From Candidatus Saccharimonadota bacterium (GTDB lineage Bacteria; Patescibacteriota; Saccharimonadia; Saccharimonadales; Saccharimonadaceae), in the NCBI GenBank assembly GCA_020160975.1, contig JAIUPJ010000001.1, positions 780,001-812,000 on the forward strand: DNA of 32,000 nt, written 5' to 3'. Below, one piece after another: positions 8,114 through 17,044 of the stretch; the stretch's first letter is position 1; every line of letters starts with the position of its first letter. The translations under genes and the position numbers were made by a program. The notes beneath the pieces were generated by a model that worked only from the letters and a program-made list of their open reading frames with translations, was not told the DNA's origin and searched no databases.

Positions 8114-8758
8114 ACGTCACTGAGCAGAGGCGATCGCTTCGCTCATGCTGGCACACCTTAACATGTCAGAGAGAAAGTAAGGATGTTCTTGCGGCTACAA
8201 AGGTATGAAACAGTTCATAGCTTTGTAGCCGTAGGAACACGCGGTTCCGCACACGGATGGTGAAAAATGATTTTTGTTGAAAGGGCAGACGTGCACACGT
8301 CGGGCTTCACCTAGATGCAATCACGAAAAAAGCATCGCAACACTCACTCGCCTTTTGCGAAAGGAATTACTAGTGCGATTCTCTAGCTAATCTAGCGCTG
8401 GTCTCGGCGCGCGCACAAAACGAGACGTTCGTCTGATCCGCGCAAGGATCCTGTGCTTGTGGGACGCGTGCTCATCGTAGTTGAAAGAGACTGTACCTTC
8501 GATATCAATCGAAGCGATGTGTCTTGAATAAACAACGAACACACGCATGTGCTTCTTTTGCACCCATGGGGACAATCACGTGATTGATCCGACACAGTAA
8601 CAACTGAATATGCTTTACGCTTGATGCCTGATGCAGTGGGGCGGAAGTTTGGGATAGATCCCGGCTGTGCAGTATCTGCACGCGACTTCCGCCCCACGTC
8701 GGGCACTTACACTCTCTGACATGTTATATTCTACTTCGCACCCAGCAGGGTGTTTTTT
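8114..8758 (+). ncRNA. Candidate large structured noncoding RNA (or giant structured leader of sbcB), family unknown
   Basis: It is bounded by the promoter at 8079-8107 and the terminator at 8739-8758, with no plus-strand ORF >=60 aa inside. Long-range helix: 8159-8173 pairs with 8712-8726 (15 perfect bp), plus 8177-8181 with 8706-8710 (5 bp). Extended hairpin 8192-8231 (11+6 bp). Three-way junction closed by a 13-bp stem (8636-8648 / 8685-8697). Further perfect hairpins at 8121-8145, 8234-8248, 8259-8311, 8314-8336, 8401-8426, 8435-8450, 8497-8514 and 8573-8586. Confidence 0.45.
8739..8758 (+). terminator. Intrinsic terminator ending the ORF-free unit, 21 nt upstream of sbcB
   Basis: CACCC-AGCA-GGGTG hairpin (8739-8752) followed by T6 (8753-8758). 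Confidence 0.6.
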
Positions 8759-8779
8759 GATATCTGCTAGACTAGAGGT

Positions 8780-10195
8780 ATGGCACAAACCTTTTTCTTC
8801 TACGACCTCGAAACCAGCGGCCTCTCTGCTCGTGAAGATCGCATCATGCAGTTTGCAGGCCAGCGCACTGACATGGAGCTCAATCCTATCGGGGAACCGT
8901 ATAACCTGCTGGTGGCACTCAACGACGACACTTTGCCGAGTCCGGATGCGTTGATGGTGACAGGCATTAGCCCGCAAAAGACACTTGACGAAGGCTACAC
9001 CGAAGCGCAGTTTGCCAAAATACTCCAAGAAGAAATATTTACGGAAGATACGATAACGGTCGGCTTCAATAGTGTGCGATTTGACGATGAGTTCGTACGT
9101 CATCTTTTCTGGCGGAACTTTTACGACCCATACTCGTGGACATGGCGTGACGGTCGTTCGCGTTGGGATTTGCTCGACGTTGTGCGCATGACGCGCGCGC
9201 TCAGACCTGACGGCATAGAGTGGCCGGTTGATAGTGAAGGCAAAGCCACGAATCGTCTCGAGCTGATCACAAAAGCCAACGGTGTGTCACATGCAAATGC
9301 CCACGATGCGCTGAGTGATGTGGTGGCATTGATTGATGTCGCAAAGCTAATCAAGCAGAAGCAACCTCAATTGTTTGACTATCTATTGTCAATGCGTGAC
9401 AAAAAAGCTGTGCAAAAGCTGGTTAATCTCGATAGCAAGCAGCCATTTGTGTATGTCAGTGGCCGCTATGGCAGCGAGTGGAACAAGGCCACCATTGGTT
9501 TTCCGTTGACCAGCGCGCCGAACGGCAATGTAGTGGTATATGATCTGCGCTACGAGCCTACCCAATTTGTTGGGTTGAGCGACAAAGACCTGGCAGCAAA
9601 AATCTTCGCAACATGGGAGGAGCGCAAGGCTGATGATTTCGTCCAGCTGCCAACAAAAGTTCTGCAGTACAACCGCTGTCCGGCCGTGGCGCCGCTTGGC
9701 GTGCTATCGAGTGACGACGGGTGGCAGCGAATTGGACTGGACGAGTCGACTATCAAAAAGCATATGAGCATATTGCTTGCGCACCCAGAATTTGCCGAGC
9801 GCCTGCGGAGCCTCTATGAGCGAAAGAGGGACTATCCGGCAGCAAGCGACCCAGAGGCGCAGCTCTACGATGGCTTTCTGGCAGACCGTGATGCACTACG
9901 GGTTGAGGCGGTTAGAAATGCCAGTGAAAATGAGCTGGCAGACTTTCATCCTGATTTTGCCGATGAGCGACTGCCGTCGTTGCTGTTGCATTACAAGGCC
10001 AGGAATTTCCCCCGTACACTCACCGAAGCCGAAGTTGCCGTATGGGAAGAATGGCGAACAGCACGAATTAATCGCCAATTACCTGGTTTTATGAAATCGC
10101 TCCAACGTATTGCTACGACCGCAGATGAGTCAAAACAGTTTATGCTTGAAGAACTAAAACTCTGGCTTGAATCAGTCATGCCAAGTGAAGACTAG
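8780..10195 (+). CDS. sbcB: Exodeoxyribonuclease I (SbcB, DEDDh 3'-5' ssDNA exonuclease)
   Basis: N-terminal FFFYDLETSGL (ExoI motif), GFNSVRFDDEF (ExoII) and HDALSDV (ExoIII with His). At 471 aa it has ExoI-type C-terminal domains. Confidence 0.9.
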   Translation: MAQTFFFYDLETSGLSAREDRIMQFAGQRTDMELNPIGEPYNLLVALNDDTLPSPDALMVTGISPQKTLDEGYTEAQFAKILQEEIFTEDTITVGFNSVRFDDEFVRHLFWRNFYDPYSWTWRDGRSRWDLLDVVRMTRALRPDGIEWPVDSEGKATNRLELITKANGVSHANAHDALSDVVALIDVAKLIKQKQPQLFDYLLSMRDKKAVQKLVNLDSKQPFVYVSGRYGSEWNKATIGFPLTSAPNGNVVVYDLRYEPTQFVGLSDKDLAAKIFATWEERKADDFVQLPTKVLQYNRCPAVAPLGVLSSDDGWQRIGLDESTIKKHMSILLAHPEFAERLRSLYERKRDYPAASDPEAQLYDGFLADRDALRVEAVRNASENELADFHPDFADERLPSLLLHYKARNFPRTLTEAEVAVWEEWRTARINRQLPGFMKSLQRIATTADESKQFMLEELKLWLESVMPSED

Positions 10196-10293
10196 TCGAC
10201 AACGGACCATCGTGCAAGGCGCAAGAGTGAATCAATCCAGGGTATGAACATCTGGGTCTACTCCAGTGTTCATTAAGGAAGGATTGGCCTTTC

Positions 10294-10569
10294 CTAAATG
10301 TGGCTATAGCGGCGTCGCGGCATGCGTCGCTGCTTGGCGCTTGCCTTCGTCTTGCGGCGTTCATTCATGAGTGTTTCGGCGTACCATGTCACCAGCAGGC
10401 TGATCATTGCGCAGTACACTGCCATCATCAACCAAAACGGCATAGCCGTTCCAGTCCCGGGTATAGAGCCCACAAGAATCAACCCCAAGAGGGCATTTGT
10501 GACCTTTGCTTGGGTAAGCAAAAGCATACTGATGAGAATAATAATACTGACGATAATTCTTCGCTTCAT
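10294..10569 (-). CDS. Hypothetical small membrane protein (91 aa)
   Basis: AAGAGG SD upstream of the ATG. Three hydrophobic helices and a strongly basic C-terminal tail (RRKTKASAKQRRMPRRR). The overlapping plus-strand ORFs look spurious. Confidence 0.55.
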   Translation of the reverse strand: MKRRIIVSIIILISMLLLTQAKVTNALLGLILVGSIPGTGTAMPFWLMMAVYCAMISLLVTWYAETLMNERRKTKASAKQRRMPRRRYSHI

Positions 10570-10682
10570 GAAATACCTCTTTAGTATTAGCGCATTATAT
10601 CACAAAATACTTTAAAAATCAATACCATTTTGTAATAATCTTAATCATCGGAGTGAATCTAGATTTTTTTAGTGTTTTGCGG

Positions 10683-10688
10683 TACAAT
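10683..10688 (+). promoter_or_regulatory. -10 box (TACAAT) 8 nt upstream of the uvrA ATG, leaderless-type
   Basis: TACAAT at 10683-10688 with the ATG at 10697. There is no SD in between, and only a weak -35 (TAGATT at 10660-10665). Confidence 0.4.
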
Positions 10689-10696
10689 ATCAAGCC

Positions 10697-13507
10697 ATGT
10701 CAGAGTTTATTCGTGTACAGGGGGCAAGGGAGCACAACCTCAAAAATATCGACGTCGAGATACCGCGCGATAAGTTTGTGGTGGTGACTGGGCTTTCTGG
10801 GAGCGGCAAATCAAGCCTCGTGTTTGATACGATTTATGCCGAAGGCCAGCGCCGCTATGTCGAGAGCCTCAGTAGCTACGCTCGACAGTTTCTTGGCATA
10901 ATGGACAAGCCCGATGTCGATAGTATAGACGGGCTCAGTCCGGCGATCTCGATCGACCAAAAGTCCACCAGTCGTAATCCTCGCAGTACGGTCGCAACCG
11001 TCACGGAGATTTATGACTATTTGCGCCTCCTTTATGCGCGTATCGGTGTGCCGCATTGTCCTGCTTGCGGCAAGCCGGTTCATCGCCGTACCGCCCAGGC
11101 GATTATCGATGAAATCATGAAGTTGCCTGAGGGCGCAAAACTGATGGTATTGGCACCAATTGTGAATCAAAAGAAGGGCGAGTTTGCCCATGTGCCTGAG
11201 CAGTACGCACGCACAGGATTTGCCCGTGCTCGTGTCGACGGTGTCGTCTATGCCTTGGATGAATTTCCCGAGCTGCAGAAGAATTTCAAACATGATATTG
11301 AGATTGTTGTCGATCGTATCGTTATGAAACCAGATGTGGTGAGCCGTGTCACGCAGTCGGTCGAGCAGTCACTCGAAATCGCCAGCGGCGTAGTACAGTT
11401 GCTGGACGTCGATAGCGGGGAACTCCACACCTTTAGTCAGCGCTACGCCTGTGTCGATCATCCTGGAGAGGATATCCCCGAGCTTGAACCACGGCTGTTT
11501 AGCTTTAATGCGCCGCAAGGTGCCTGTCCGGTTTGCACCGGTCTTGGCAGCCGGCTCGAAGTCGATCCTGATTTAGTATTTAATCCGAACCTGACGATTG
11601 CTGAAGGTGCGATTCGCCCGTACAATCGAGTAAATTCTGATGCATGGTACATGAAACGTCTTTCGGTTGTGGCCGACGAGCATGGGTTCAGCGTGCAAGT
11701 GCCAGTCAAGCAGTTGAGGCAAGAAGATCTCGAGAAAGTGCTCTACGGCACAGGAAATCAAAAGTACCGCGTACAGTTGAGCGGCGGCCGGTTCTACGAC
11801 TCGACCTACGAGGGGGTCATTCCGAACCTGGAGAGACGACACAAAGAAACGGATAGCGAATTCATGCGCCGGGATATCGAACGGTTTATGCGCGAACGCT
11901 CCTGCACGGCTTGTAAGGGTCAGCGACTCAAGCCGGTTGTGTTGGCCGTAACGGTGCATGATCTGTCGATCATGGACATTTGCAATCTCGGCGTTGATGA
12001 CGCGATTGATTTGTTTAACAATCTCAAACTTACTGATGACGAACTATTTATCGCTCGACAGATTATGAAAGAAATCATGGCGCGACTTGGTTTCATGAGC
12101 AATGTTGGATTGACGTATCTGGAGCTTTCACGAGCAGCAAACACCCTGAGCGGCGGCGAAGCGCAGCGTATACGACTGGCGACACAAATTGGTTCGGGGC
12201 TACAAGGCGTGCTGTACGTGCTCGATGAGCCATCGATTGGGCTCCATCAGCGCGATAACGACCGTTTGATTGGTACGTTGAAACATCTGCGTGATCTCGG
12301 CAACTCAGTGCTAGTAGTGGAACACGACGAAGATACGATCAAACATGCCGACTACCTGGTGGATGTTGGGCCTGGTGCCGGGGTGCATGGTGGGCAAATT
12401 GTGGCCCATGGCACGCCCGATCAAGTTGCCAAAAATCCTGATAGCATCACCGGCCGATTTATGTCAGGCGCAGAGAAGATCGAAGTGCCAAAAAAGCGTC
12501 GCAACATCGCGAAAGATCGCAAGCTAATCATCCGTGGAGCGCGTGAAAATAATCTCAAAAATATCGACGTCGAATTTCCACTTGGTGTCATGACACTCGT
12601 CACCGGTGTGAGCGGCAGCGGCAAATCAACACTCGTCAACGACATCTTGGCGAAAGAACTTTCAGCACGACTTCATAGAGCTCAGGAAGTGCCTGGTGCG
12701 CATGAAAATATCGAAGGCATTGAGCACCTCGATAAAGCGATCATCATTGATCAATCAGCAATTGGCCGTACGCCGCGTAGCAACCCGGCGACATATACTG
12801 GCGTCTTTACGCCGATTCGTGAGCTATTTGCGGGTACCCCTGAGGCGAATATTCGCGGCTACAAGGCTGGGCGATTTAGTTTCAATGTAAAGGGGGGACG
12901 CTGCGAAAATTGTCAGGGTGATGGCGTGATCAAGATCGAGATGCATTTCCTGCCCGACGTCTATATTCAATGTCCTGAGTGTCACGGCAAGCGCTATAAC
13001 CGTGAGGCGCTCGAGATCAAGTACAAGGGCAAGACAATTAGCGATATCCTCGACATGACGGTCGAGCAAGCCTGTGAGTTCTTTGAGAACGTCCCTGCAA
13101 TTCACCGTAAGCTCGATACTATCAACGAAGTGGGTCTGGGGTATATCAAGCTTGGCCAGCCAGCCACGACATTTAGTGGTGGAGAAGCGCAGCGTATCAA
13201 GCTTGCAAGTGAACTAGCGCGCCGAAGCACCGGCAAGACGCTCTATATTCTTGATGAACCAACGACCGGACTACACACGGCGGACGTCAAGAAGCTTTTA
13301 GAAATTTTGCAGAAGTTGGTTGAAGGCGGCAACAGCATGATTATTATCGAGCACAATCTCGAGGTGATCAAATGCGCCGACCATATTATCGACATGGGCC
13401 CCGAAGGCGGTCAAGGTGGTGGCATGGTGATTGCCAGTGGCACACCTGAAGAAATAACAAAAGTTCCTGCGAGCTTTACCGGGAAATACCTTAAAGAATT
13501 GCTCTAG
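10697..13507 (+). CDS. uvrA: Excinuclease ABC subunit A (UvrA)
   Basis: Two ABC modules: Walker [11 protein letters not shown] and [10 protein letters not shown], and signature LSGGEAQRI twice. Zinc-finger cysteines are [13 protein letters not shown] and CENCQGDG...CPECHGKRY. Length 936 aa. Confidence 0.98.
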   Translation: MSEFIRVQGAREHNLKNIDVEIPRDKFVVVTGLSGSGKSSLVFDTIYAEGQRRYVESLSSYARQFLGIMDKPDVDSIDGLSPAISIDQKSTSRNPRSTVATVTEIYDYLRLLYARIGVPHCPACGKPVHRRTAQAIIDEIMKLPEGAKLMVLAPIVNQKKGEFAHVPEQYARTGFARARVDGVVYALDEFPELQKNFKHDIEIVVDRIVMKPDVVSRVTQSVEQSLEIASGVVQLLDVDSGELHTFSQRYACVDHPGEDIPELEPRLFSFNAPQGACPVCTGLGSRLEVDPDLVFNPNLTIAEGAIRPYNRVNSDAWYMKRLSVVADEHGFSVQVPVKQLRQEDLEKVLYGTGNQKYRVQLSGGRFYDSTYEGVIPNLERRHKETDSEFMRRDIERFMRERSCTACKGQRLKPVVLAVTVHDLSIMDICNLGVDDAIDLFNNLKLTDDELFIARQIMKEIMARLGFMSNVGLTYLELSRAANTLSGGEAQRIRLATQIGSGLQGVLYVLDEPSIGLHQRDNDRLIGTLKHLRDLGNSVLVVEHDEDTIKHADYLVDVGPGAGVHGGQIVAHGTPDQVAKNPDSITGRFMSGAEKIEVPKKRRNIAKDRKLIIRGARENNLKNIDVEFPLGVMTLVTGVSGSGKSTLVNDILAKELSARLHRAQEVPGAHENIEGIEHLDKAIIIDQSAIGRTPRSNPATYTGVFTPIRELFAGTPEANIRGYKAGRFSFNVKGGRCENCQGDGVIKIEMHFLPDVYIQCPECHGKRYNREALEIKYKGKTISDILDMTVEQACEFFENVPAIHRKLDTINEVGLGYIKLGQPATTFSGGEAQRIKLASELARRSTGKTLYILDEPTTGLHTADVKKLLEILQKLVEGGNSMIIIEHNLEVIKCADHIIDMGPEGGQGGGMVIASGTPEEITKVPASFTGKYLKELL

Positions 13508-13519
13508 CTACATGAGAAT

Positions 13520-13548
13520 GCCCCTGCGCCAGTAGCTGGCGCAGGGGC
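13520..13548. terminator. 13-bp GC-rich hairpin between convergent uvrA and dedA-family genes (no U-tract)
   Basis: GCCCCTGCGCCAG (13520-13532), loop TAG, CTGGCGCAGGGGC (13536-13548). It sits 13 nt after the uvrA stop. Neither strand has a U-run, so terminator function is uncertain. Confidence 0.45.
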
Positions 13549-13741
13549 GAGGAGTCAGACGCAGTCTCGCGAGCTGACGCGGCAGTGTACGCCGCATCTG
13601 CATGCAGGGCACGTACAGGCGCAACCATCCTCTTCTTCATCGGCCACGGGACCGATCGGAATCTTTCGCACGAGAGATTACTTTCTCGAATGCGAATCTA
13701 GATACTACAGTACAGTATTATCTATGCAAACGGACAAGCAA

Positions 13742-14428
13742 CTAAAGATTGTTGCGGCGTCCAAAGACGATTTGCAATTCGCGTTTTGTGCCCGACCAGA
13801 AACTCGCTCGCTTTTCTTTGGTGCGCAGCGCATGCCATAGCATCGGTGAAATACTGAGAAAGATGATAATCAGCGCGGCAATTTCGACATTGATACCCAG
13901 ATCATGGAGCAGTCTACCAGCAAAATACCCTAGATAGGTAAAGCTGTATGTCCAAGTGAAGGCGCCGATGATGTTGTAGGGCAGAAACTGTCGGTACGGC
14001 ATCTTGCTGACGCCGGCGACAATCGGCACAAACGTACGGATGATCGGCACGAAGCATGCTAGGACAATTGCAACCGGGCCGTGTTGTTCATAGAATTTTT
14101 CCGTGCGAACCAGATTTTCTTTGCGAAACAGTCGAGAATTTTTGCGATCAAATAGTTTGCGACCGACTTTTTTGCCAAAGAAGTACCCGGTCTGCTGTCC
14201 CGCGAATGCGCAAACAAAGAGCAAAAAAGCAAACAGGTGAATGCTGATATGGCCGAACGACCCAATGCCTTGTTGGACAAGAAACCCTGCAGTAAATAGC
14301 AGGCTGTCGCCAGGCAAGAAAAAGCCAATCAATAGCCCTGATTCGGCGTAGATAACAGCTAGCACGGCGAGTACACCAAGACCAGTAATCAGATTGAGCA
14401 ACGCTTCCATTACCCCTGATTGTAACAT
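13742..14428 (-). CDS. DedA/VTT-family membrane protein
   Basis: DedA signature YAESGLLIGFFLPGDSLLFTAGF, several TM helices, and the typical ...GRKLFDRKNSRLF loop. The start may be the second ATG at 14410 (MEALLNL...). Confidence 0.88.
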   Translation of the reverse strand: MLQSGVMEALLNLITGLGVLAVLAVIYAESGLLIGFFLPGDSLLFTAGFLVQQGIGSFGHISIHLFAFLLFVCAFAGQQTGYFFGKKVGRKLFDRKNSRLFRKENLVRTEKFYEQHGPVAIVLACFVPIIRTFVPIVAGVSKMPYRQFLPYNIIGAFTWTYSFTYLGYFAGRLLHDLGINVEIAALIIIFLSISPMLWHALRTKEKRASFWSGTKRELQIVFGRRNNL

Positions 14429-14453
14429 ATATCACAGGTTGGGATGAGCGGTT

Positions 14454-14462
14454 TGCTATAAT
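14454..14462 (+). promoter_or_regulatory. Extended -10 promoter (TGcTATAAT) for rplY
   Basis: TGCTATAAT at 14454-14462. The ~40-nt leader contains a strong SD (GAAAGGAGAG) before the ATG at 14508. Confidence 0.5.
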
Positions 14463-14507
14463 AAGTAGTACTGGATAACTCCGTAAACGTATCCTGAAAG
14501 GAGAGAG

Positions 14508-15239
14508 ATGGGAGATAAAGTAAGTCTTAAAGTTGAGGCTCGTGAGCTTCAGGGAAAGAAAGTGCGGACACTGCGTCGGCAAGGTCTGACGCCGGGTGTG
14601 GTATATGGTGCTGATATGGAACCAATGGCAATCCAAGCGGATGCACTAGAAGTACGCAAAGTTGTTAGCACCGCCGGTAAGCACACGCCCGTGAACCTGA
14701 CTGGCAGCAAGCGTCGTATTGCCATGATCAAAGATGTTGATTTCGACCCAACCAAACATGGCGTCGTGCGCCATATTGCATTTCATGCTGTGCGTGCTGA
14801 CGAACCTGTCACGACAACTGTCGCAATTCGCTTAGTTGGCGAAGGCGAGAGTGAGGCTGAAAAAGCCGGACTGATCGTCCTACAGGCACTCGACAAGATC
14901 GAGATCAAGGCGTTGCCGATGGAGCTACCTGAGGCGCTCGAAGTTTCAATTGTTGATCTTAAGGAAGCGGGCGACCGTGTAACGGTCGGCGATATTACAC
15001 TTCCTGCTGGCGTCGAACTGGTTGAGCACAACGACGGTCATGTCGAAGAAGATGAAGACGAAGAGAAGCCGAAGATTACCGACCTGATGGTCGCGAGTGT
15101 TTGGGAGCCGGCTGCGCTGCAGGCTGCTAATGAGGCTGCTGCTGGTGATGCCGAAGATGAGACGAATGTCGAGGTAGCGGGCACCGAAGGTGAGGATGCC
15201 TCGACCGAGAACGAAAAGACTGAAGCGAAAGCTGAATAG
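14508..15239 (+). CDS. rplY: 50S ribosomal protein L25 / general stress protein Ctc (long form)
   Basis: N-terminal L25 motif (LRRQGLTPGVVYG), a second beta-barrel domain, and an acidic C-terminal extension typical of Ctc-type L25. Confidence 0.9.
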   Translation: MGDKVSLKVEARELQGKKVRTLRRQGLTPGVVYGADMEPMAIQADALEVRKVVSTAGKHTPVNLTGSKRRIAMIKDVDFDPTKHGVVRHIAFHAVRADEPVTTTVAIRLVGEGESEAEKAGLIVLQALDKIEIKALPMELPEALEVSIVDLKEAGDRVTVGDITLPAGVELVEHNDGHVEEDEDEEKPKITDLMVASVWEPAALQAANEAAAGDAEDETNVEVAGTEGEDASTENEKTEAKAE

Positions 15240-15256
15240 AGACTCTCCTCGTACTG

Positions 15257-15297
15257 AAATCTGTCGCATGTATATATACATGCGACAGATTTTTATT
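15257..15297. terminator. Bidirectional intrinsic terminator shared by rplY (+) and the ABC exporter (-)
   Basis: A perfect 15-16 bp palindromic hairpin (15257-15272 / 15277-15292, loop TATA) is flanked by an A-run and a T-run. It abuts the ABC exporter stop codon (15293-15295). Confidence 0.8.
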
Positions 15298-17044
15298 CTT
15301 CGATAAATCCTCCTGATTGGTGGTTCCAGAGTTTGGCGTAGGTGCCGTTTTGTGCAAGAAGTTGCTTGTGACTACCGTCTTCGACAATCTTGCCGTGGTC
15401 GAGCACGATGATGCGGTCGAGCTTGGCGATGGTGGATAGACGGTGGGCGATGACGATGCTCGTGCGATCTTTCATCAGAGTTTCGAGACTTTGCTGAATC
15501 AATTTCTCCGACTCGCTATCGAGTGCGCTGGTTGCCTCGTCCAGCACGAGAATTGGTGCATCCTTGAGAATAGCGCGCGCAATCGCAATACGCTGTCGCT
15601 GCCCACCGCTTAGCTTCACGCCACGTTCACCAACGAGCGTATCGAGCCCTTGCGGCAGATTCTCAATAAACTCCCAGGCATTGGCTTTTTTGGCGGCTTC
15701 GGTGATTTCGGCTTCGGTTGCATCTGGCTTGCCGTAGGCGATATTTTCGGACAATGGACGATGGAACAATACTGATTCTTGCGGTACATAGGCGATAGAC
15801 TGACGCAGGCTCTCCTGTGTTACCTTCGCAATGTCTTGCCCATCGATCACAATTTTTCCGCTATCAATATCGGAGAAGCGTAGAAGTAGACTAGTGAAGG
15901 TCGTTTTGCCTGAACCACTATGACCGACAAGCCCCACTCGTTGACCGGGCTTGATGTGGAGGGAAAAGGCATCAAAAACATGCTCACCCTTACCCTTGTC
16001 GTGGGTGAAGTCAATGGACTCGAATGCTATATCACCAGCAGTTGGCGACAGTCTTCGAGAGGTATGGTCAGTGAGTGCATAGTCACTCCCCAGTATTTCT
16101 ACCATGTCGTACGAGTCGCCCATGATGCGGTTATAATTACGCATGATGTTGTTCATTTCCCATAACTGTCGCGAGACCGTGAGCGTAAAGGTGAGGAGAA
16201 GATATACAGTACCGATTGAAATGAAACGGTGTTCGCTGGCATACACAGCCGCAATGATTGCGCCACCACTTACGACGACGAGTAAGCTCGAATAAACAGT
16301 ACTGACTTTTAGAAAGCCCCACATCGATGCTAGAGAAGTACCTCGCCACGTGTTGGCGTGTAGCTTGCTACGCGTGAACTCAGTTTTCTCATTGCCAAAT
16401 GCCTTTACTGCGACGATGTTGCTCACCATATCTGCCAGGTAGCCGCTTAGCTTGGTCGAAGCTTGTGCTTCGCGGGTATTGAGCTCACGCATAAAACTAG
16501 AGCCGCGGTACACTGCGATTGCAAAGACGATAGTTACCGCCAAGATAAATAATGCGTAGGGAAGAAAATAAAAACTGCTAATGATGACGGTGGCGATGAT
16601 CGTTACAAGCACAGGAGTTGCTTGCCAAATGATGGTATCCCAGAATCGCTCAAACCCACCAGTCAGCTTATTTGTCTGACTCACAAGCGATCCGCCAAAT
16701 CGATTGGCGTGGAAGTTCAGACTTTCGTGAGAGAGTTTTTTGAATACGTCAGTATAGATGTCGCGTTGTGCACTAACTTGAAAAGACCATGTTACATAAA
16801 GAGCAAGTCGCCAGAAGATAACCTCGCCAAGTAGTTGAGTCACAATATACCAGACAATAACTGGCCATGTGTTTGCCACCGTGGCGTCGCCAGCCTGGAT
16901 AAGGTTGAACACGTGAGAGAGTAGCAATGGGCCGGCGAACGCATTGCTGAGTACCGCAAGCACTGGAAACAATACGGCAAGAAAACGCCGAATTTTGTAG
17001 GGCTTAGAATAGTGCCAAAATAATTTGAGGGTATTTTTTTGCAT
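15293..17044 (-). CDS. ABC exporter, fused permease/ATPase (MsbA/type I exporter-like)
   Basis: N-terminal 6-TM domain. Walker A GHSGSGKTT, signature LSGGQRQRIAIARA, Walker B ILVLDEATSALD. Strong SD (AAAGGAGG). Confidence 0.93.
   Translation of the reverse strand: MQKNTLKLFWHYSKPYKIRRFLAVLFPVLAVLSNAFAGPLLLSHVFNLIQAGDATVANTWPVIVWYIVTQLLGEVIFWRLALYVTWSFQVSAQRDIYTDVFKKLSHESLNFHANRFGGSLVSQTNKLTGGFERFWDTIIWQATPVLVTIIATVIISSFYFLPYALFILAVTIVFAIAVYRGSSFMRELNTREAQASTKLSGYLADMVSNIVAVKAFGNEKTEFTRSKLHANTWRGTSLASMWGFLKVSTVYSSLLVVVSGGAIIAAVYASEHRFISIGTVYLLLTFTLTVSRQLWEMNNIMRNYNRIMGDSYDMVEILGSDYALTDHTSRRLSPTAGDIAFESIDFTHDKGKGEHVFDAFSLHIKPGQRVGLVGHSGSGKTTFTSLLLRFSDIDSGKIVIDGQDIAKVTQESLRQSIAYVPQESVLFHRPLSENIAYGKPDATEAEITEAAKKANAWEFIENLPQGLDTLVGERGVKLSGGQRQRIAIARAILKDAPILVLDEATSALDSESEKLIQQSLETLMKDRTSIVIAHRLSTIAKLDRIIVLDHGKIVEDGSHKQLLAQNGTYAKLWNHQSGGFIEE

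Noticed and set aside
8114-8758. Could the ORF-free structured unit be RNase P RNA, tmRNA, SRP RNA or 6S RNA?
   Set aside because: A P1-like closing helix and GAGAGAAAGUAAGG superficially recall RNase P. However, the universal GAGGAAAGUCC and ACAGAACCCGGCUUA cores are absent and the element order is wrong. There is no tRNA-like acceptor/T-arm 3' end or tag ORF for tmRNA. There is no GGAAGCAGCC-type SRP motif. The size is far too large for 6S. Only a covariance-model search can settle this.
8387-9103. ORFs 8387..8575(-), 8392..8706(-), 8615..9103(-) and 8667..8954(+) in or around the ORF-free region
   Set aside because: None has an SD or promoter context. Their compositions are low-complexity, Arg/Ser/Cys-rich. 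Two overlap sbcB out of frame or antisense. The region is better explained as RNA structure.
10739-12573. Identical 20-mer CTCAAAAATATCGACGTCGA at 10739-10758 and 12554-12573
   Set aside because: Both copies lie in uvrA and encode the same NLKNIDVE motif of its two duplicated ABC modules. They reflect internal gene duplication or conservation, not a regulatory or mobile repeat.
13493-13640. ~50-aa minus-strand ORF (MKKRMVAPVRALHADAAYTAASARETASDSSPLRQLL...) in the uvrA/dedA-family spacer
   Set aside because: It has no SD and runs through the GC-rich hairpin into the antisense of the uvrA 3' end. Its Ala/Arg-rich composition is typical of GC-rich non-coding sequence.
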